Shown piece by piece: positions 61,290 to 64,000 of a stretch of DNA of 64,000 nucleotides. Position numbers and translations under genes: made by a program. This stretch comes from an uncultured cyanobacterium (GTDB lineage: Bacteria > Cyanobacteriota > Cyanobacteriia > Pseudanabaenales > Pseudanabaenaceae). A model generated the notes under the pieces. That model saw nothing but the letters and a program-made list of their open reading frames with translations. It had not been told where the DNA came from and did no database searches. The DNA is taken from NCBI GenBank assembly GCA_963703315.1, contig OY969811.1, positions 3,840,001 through 3,904,000 of the forward strand, in the 5' to 3' direction. The stretch's first letter is position 1, and each line of letters starts with the position of its first letter.

Positions 61290-61550
61290 AACTCTTTATT
61301 ACTCTTTAAAGAATAAATAAATATTAACTAGTAGTAGTAGGGGCTGTGGAAAATGTGGAAAACTTTAAAGAAAGTATATACAGTAAGCCTCATAGCATTT
61401 TTTGCCTGTGGAAAACCCTGTGGAAAAAGTGGCTAGTTTTCCACAGGGTATAAATACCTAGTAAAAGTTTTCCACATTTATCCCCAAGTTATCCCCAGAT
61501 ATTGAAGAGTTTTCCACAGTAAATTAGTGGTTTTCCACAGGTTTTCCACA
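61290..61550. other. oriC: replication origin oriC (DnaA-box cluster plus unwinding region)
   Basis: 9 TTTTCCACA boxes (61345, 61354, 61407, 61419 reverse; 61437, 61468, 61510, 61531, 61542 forward) and 2 TTATCCCCA (61478, 61489) in the AT-rich region upstream of dnaN. Confidence 0.9.
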
Positions 61551-61918
61551 GGCTGGGCATGAATTTTTTGAGTTGGATGCGCCTAAATTCTTAAAAAAAT
61601 CATAAATTGATGACTAGGTTGAGGATGAATTTAGATATGACTTTCTTATGTAAAATCATTTTTGCTTAATTAAAATCAATCTATAGCAACTTTGAAAAGG
61701 TGAAAACAGAACGTAAAAAAGTTGGCTGTTAAATTTCTGACTTGAGGTGATTATCTAAATCTTTTATGCGATTTTTAGATTTTGGTGCTGAGATGGCGAT
61801 CGCTTTCTGCTCCCCTTTTGTGTAAATCCGTCTATAAATTGGATAATAAAAAACAGTTTGATCTTAAGTTGTTATTAATAAATTTTATAGGTTTAAGTAA
61901 ATTTAATAGGTTGTAATT

Positions 61919-62671
61919 ATGAATTTATTGGCATTGATAAATAAAACGATGAATAAAACTGTGAAAGCTAGCCTTGCTGGACTTCAGCGTTTTAGTATTG
62001 GGGCGATCGCTGTATTCATTAGCTTTTACTTGTCTACGGGTACGGCATGGGCTTTACAGGTATCCGATATTCCTGATTTGGCTGAACTCAAGACTCTGAC
62101 TGAGCAAACTTGGGTAATTGATGATTCGGAAGTATTGAGTCCCTTAACTAAAAGTGCGATCGTTAGCAAAGCCGAAAAGCTGGCAGAATCGACGGGAACT
62201 GAAGTTCATGTTGTGGCGATTCGCCGCATTGATCTTGGTCAACCTGCGTCCGAATTTGCGGCTGAGCTATTTGATAAATGGTTTCCTAATGAGGAAGAGA
62301 AGGCTAATCAAGTGCTGCTCTTTTTAGCGACTGAAGACCACCGTACTGCTATTCAGACGGGATCGAAAGTAAAAGAAGTTTTGCCAGAGGATATTGCTAA
62401 CAGTATTGCCGATGAGACTATGCTCTATCCTGCGCGGAAGGCAAACTATAACCAAGCTGTGAATGAGGGATTTTCTCGGTTAGAAACAGTTGTGAGGGGT
62501 AATCCCGATCCAGGCGCACCTCTTTTAGTAGTGGAAGAATCGGAAACAAGTAACTATGCTACTAAAGAAGAAACAGAAGCAAGTTCATCGAATATAGTGG
62601 TGATTATTTTGCTGATTTTGGCGACTTTGTTACCGATGGCAACCTACTATTGGCTCCAAAGTCAACCTTAA
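61919..62671 (+). CDS. psb32: TPM-domain photosystem II repair protein (Psb32-like)
   Basis: TWVIDD..VLS, LFDKWFP..NQ, GNPDPGAP, C-terminal TM PMATYY. Confidence 0.8.
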   Translation: MNLLALINKTMNKTVKASLAGLQRFSIGAIAVFISFYLSTGTAWALQVSDIPDLAELKTLTEQTWVIDDSEVLSPLTKSAIVSKAEKLAESTGTEVHVVAIRRIDLGQPASEFAAELFDKWFPNEEEKANQVLLFLATEDHRTAIQTGSKVKEVLPEDIANSIADETMLYPARKANYNQAVNEGFSRLETVVRGNPDPGAPLLVVEESETSNYATKEETEASSSNIVVIILLILATLLPMATYYWLQSQP

Positions 62672-62704
62672 TCAAAACAAGAGGCGACGCATTGCGCCGC
62701 CTCT

Positions 62705-64000
62705 TTAAAGATTGGGCGGCGCAACAGAGCGAATTATGCGTACTTTATGGCTTTCTCGTTGAGTTTGTGCTTCGATCGCGATCGCTTCAAAGGCAACATC
62801 AATACTACTAAGCGGGATCGAGATATTGGTGCGGGTTTCAATAAAATTTGTATTAGGAACCGCACTAAAATCTAACAACCAACGCGGTCCATCGACAATG
62901 ATTCGGGTTTGCAAATCTTTGATCCAGAATTTCACAAAGAATTTTGGGACGCTGGCAGGTAAGCGCACGGTAATTAGCATTGGCGTACCTGAAATAATTT
63001 CCCCTTCGGAAATAATGATCTCAGGAATGGGGATCGGCTCTTGATCGGATAGGGCTTGTGGGGAAGCTTCTTGAAGATTGCGGATTGCTTGAGCCGTTTC
63101 CGATAAAGTGGAAGCAACAGAACTGGATGTGGTATTGACTGGGAAAGTATTAGGGTCAATCGGGTCTTCCCAGACATACTCATTGAGGATGAGATTATCT
63201 TCGGGAGCCAAGAGCCGATCAAATTCGATATCAAGTTCATGATCTAGTTCCGCAAGGCTAGTTACTTCAGCGATCGTGCGTGGCAAGTCATTGGGCTTGT
63301 CTAGATCAATTGATGCATCCGTCAAGTCTTGATTTGTTAAAGTCTGATTTACTAATGGATCGCTGGGGACAAATTTATCGAGCAGTAGTTCTTCAGTGCG
63401 TTGATTGGCTTTTTGGCTCGCGATCGCCTCTGCGGAGAGAGTTTGGAGTTTGGAAAGAAACCGATTGTTGCGATCGCGAGAAGCAGGTTGTTGTCGATTT
63501 AGGGGCTGCTCTAATAGCTCTTCATAGTTTTGAGGAAGTTCTTCTTCAAAACTGTAAAGTAATTCTGGTTCATCTTCAGTTGTCTCTAGAACTGGAATCT
63601 CACGATCAATTTCGATTCTCTGTAAATCGTCATCTGTCTGTAGAGTCTCGTGCGGTAAATCGTTGAAATCTGCCTGTGGAAAACTCTGAGGATAATCCTC
63701 TGATATTGTCGGTGCTGGGTCTTCAAAATCCTGATTGCTAACCTTATTTTTTAGAGTTGGCAAAGGTGGTAATGATAAAGAACTATTAGATCTTTTCTGC
63801 TCTAATTGCTCTCCCTGTCTAGCTTTTGTCTTGTTAGATGGCAATGGAGGCAGACTTAAGGGACTAGTGGGTTTTACATTCGTTGATGGCGATGGAGAGC
63901 GCTGCTCCCTAGGAGGTGCTACCTGTGGAAAACTCTGTGGAAACTGTGAATAACTAGAATCACTGATAGATTCTTGATTGGTTGGAGAACTATGGAGAGA
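62705..64000 (-). CDS. large Pro/Glu-rich hypothetical protein (5' end beyond window)
   Basis: Frame stays open from 64000; conserved-looking C-terminus VKFWIKDLQTRIIVDGPRWL. Confidence 0.75.
   Translation of the reverse strand, partial: SLHSSPTNQESISDSSYSQFPQSFPQVAPPREQRSPSPSTNVKPTSPLSLPPLPSNKTKARQGEQLEQKRSNSSLSLPPLPTLKNKVSNQDFEDPAPTISEDYPQSFPQADFNDLPHETLQTDDDLQRIEIDREIPVLETTEDEPELLYSFEEELPQNYEELLEQPLNRQQPASRDRNNRFLSKLQTLSAEAIASQKANQRTEELLLDKFVPSDPLVNQTLTNQDLTDASIDLDKPNDLPRTIAEVTSLAELDHELDIEFDRLLAPEDNLILNEYVWEDPIDPNTFPVNTTSSSVASTLSETAQAIRNLQEASPQALSDQEPIPIPEIIISEGEIISGTPMLITVRLPASVPKFFVKFWIKDLQTRIIVDGPRWLLDFSAVPNTNFIETRTNISIPLSSIDVAFEAIAIEAQTQRESHKVRIIRSVAPPNL

Noticed and set aside
63670..63945. 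TGTGGAAAA DnaA-box-like hits
   Set aside because: They lie inside a CDS and encode repeated (S)FPQ peptides; they are sparse and far from the oriC cluster.
1..64000. tRNA, rRNA or CRISPR-Cas loci
   Set aside because: None recognised by eye; a covariance-model scan would be needed to exclude small RNAs.

Overview
Cyanobacterial chromosomal window (dense HIP1 GCGATCGC sites; psbV, petE, ycf3, psbY; probably Pseudanabaena-like, which is inference). Core genes (ald, gltA, rplU/rpmA, gatC, secDF, ccdA, galT, hisA, lpxD, sodB, msrB, dnaN with oriC) alternate with three accessory regions. (1) 25.8-30.9 kb: a toxin-antitoxin cluster and a GmrSD-type (DUF262/DUF1524) gene split by an IS110 element. 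The element's left non-coding end reads as a complete IS621-type bridge RNA, whose guides match the element's own circle junction and its insertion site and appear programmed for the host GCCCCTAC REP repeats. (2) 36.2-41.1 kb: a co-oriented, cassette-like island of small unknown, nuclease and TA genes, with repeat-marked boundaries. (3) 41-54.8 kb: a copper cluster with MerR-type and CopR-type sites, then a PIN remnant and a TPR-CHAT gene, together hit by three IS copies with intact TSDs. Also found: a small psbY missed by the ORF track, an Rpn gene with an internal SD+ATG, NtcA-like sites, several MITE/REP families, and an oriC with a DnaA-box/GC/DnaA-trio unwinding module. Family assignments come from recognising motifs by eye, not from database searches.
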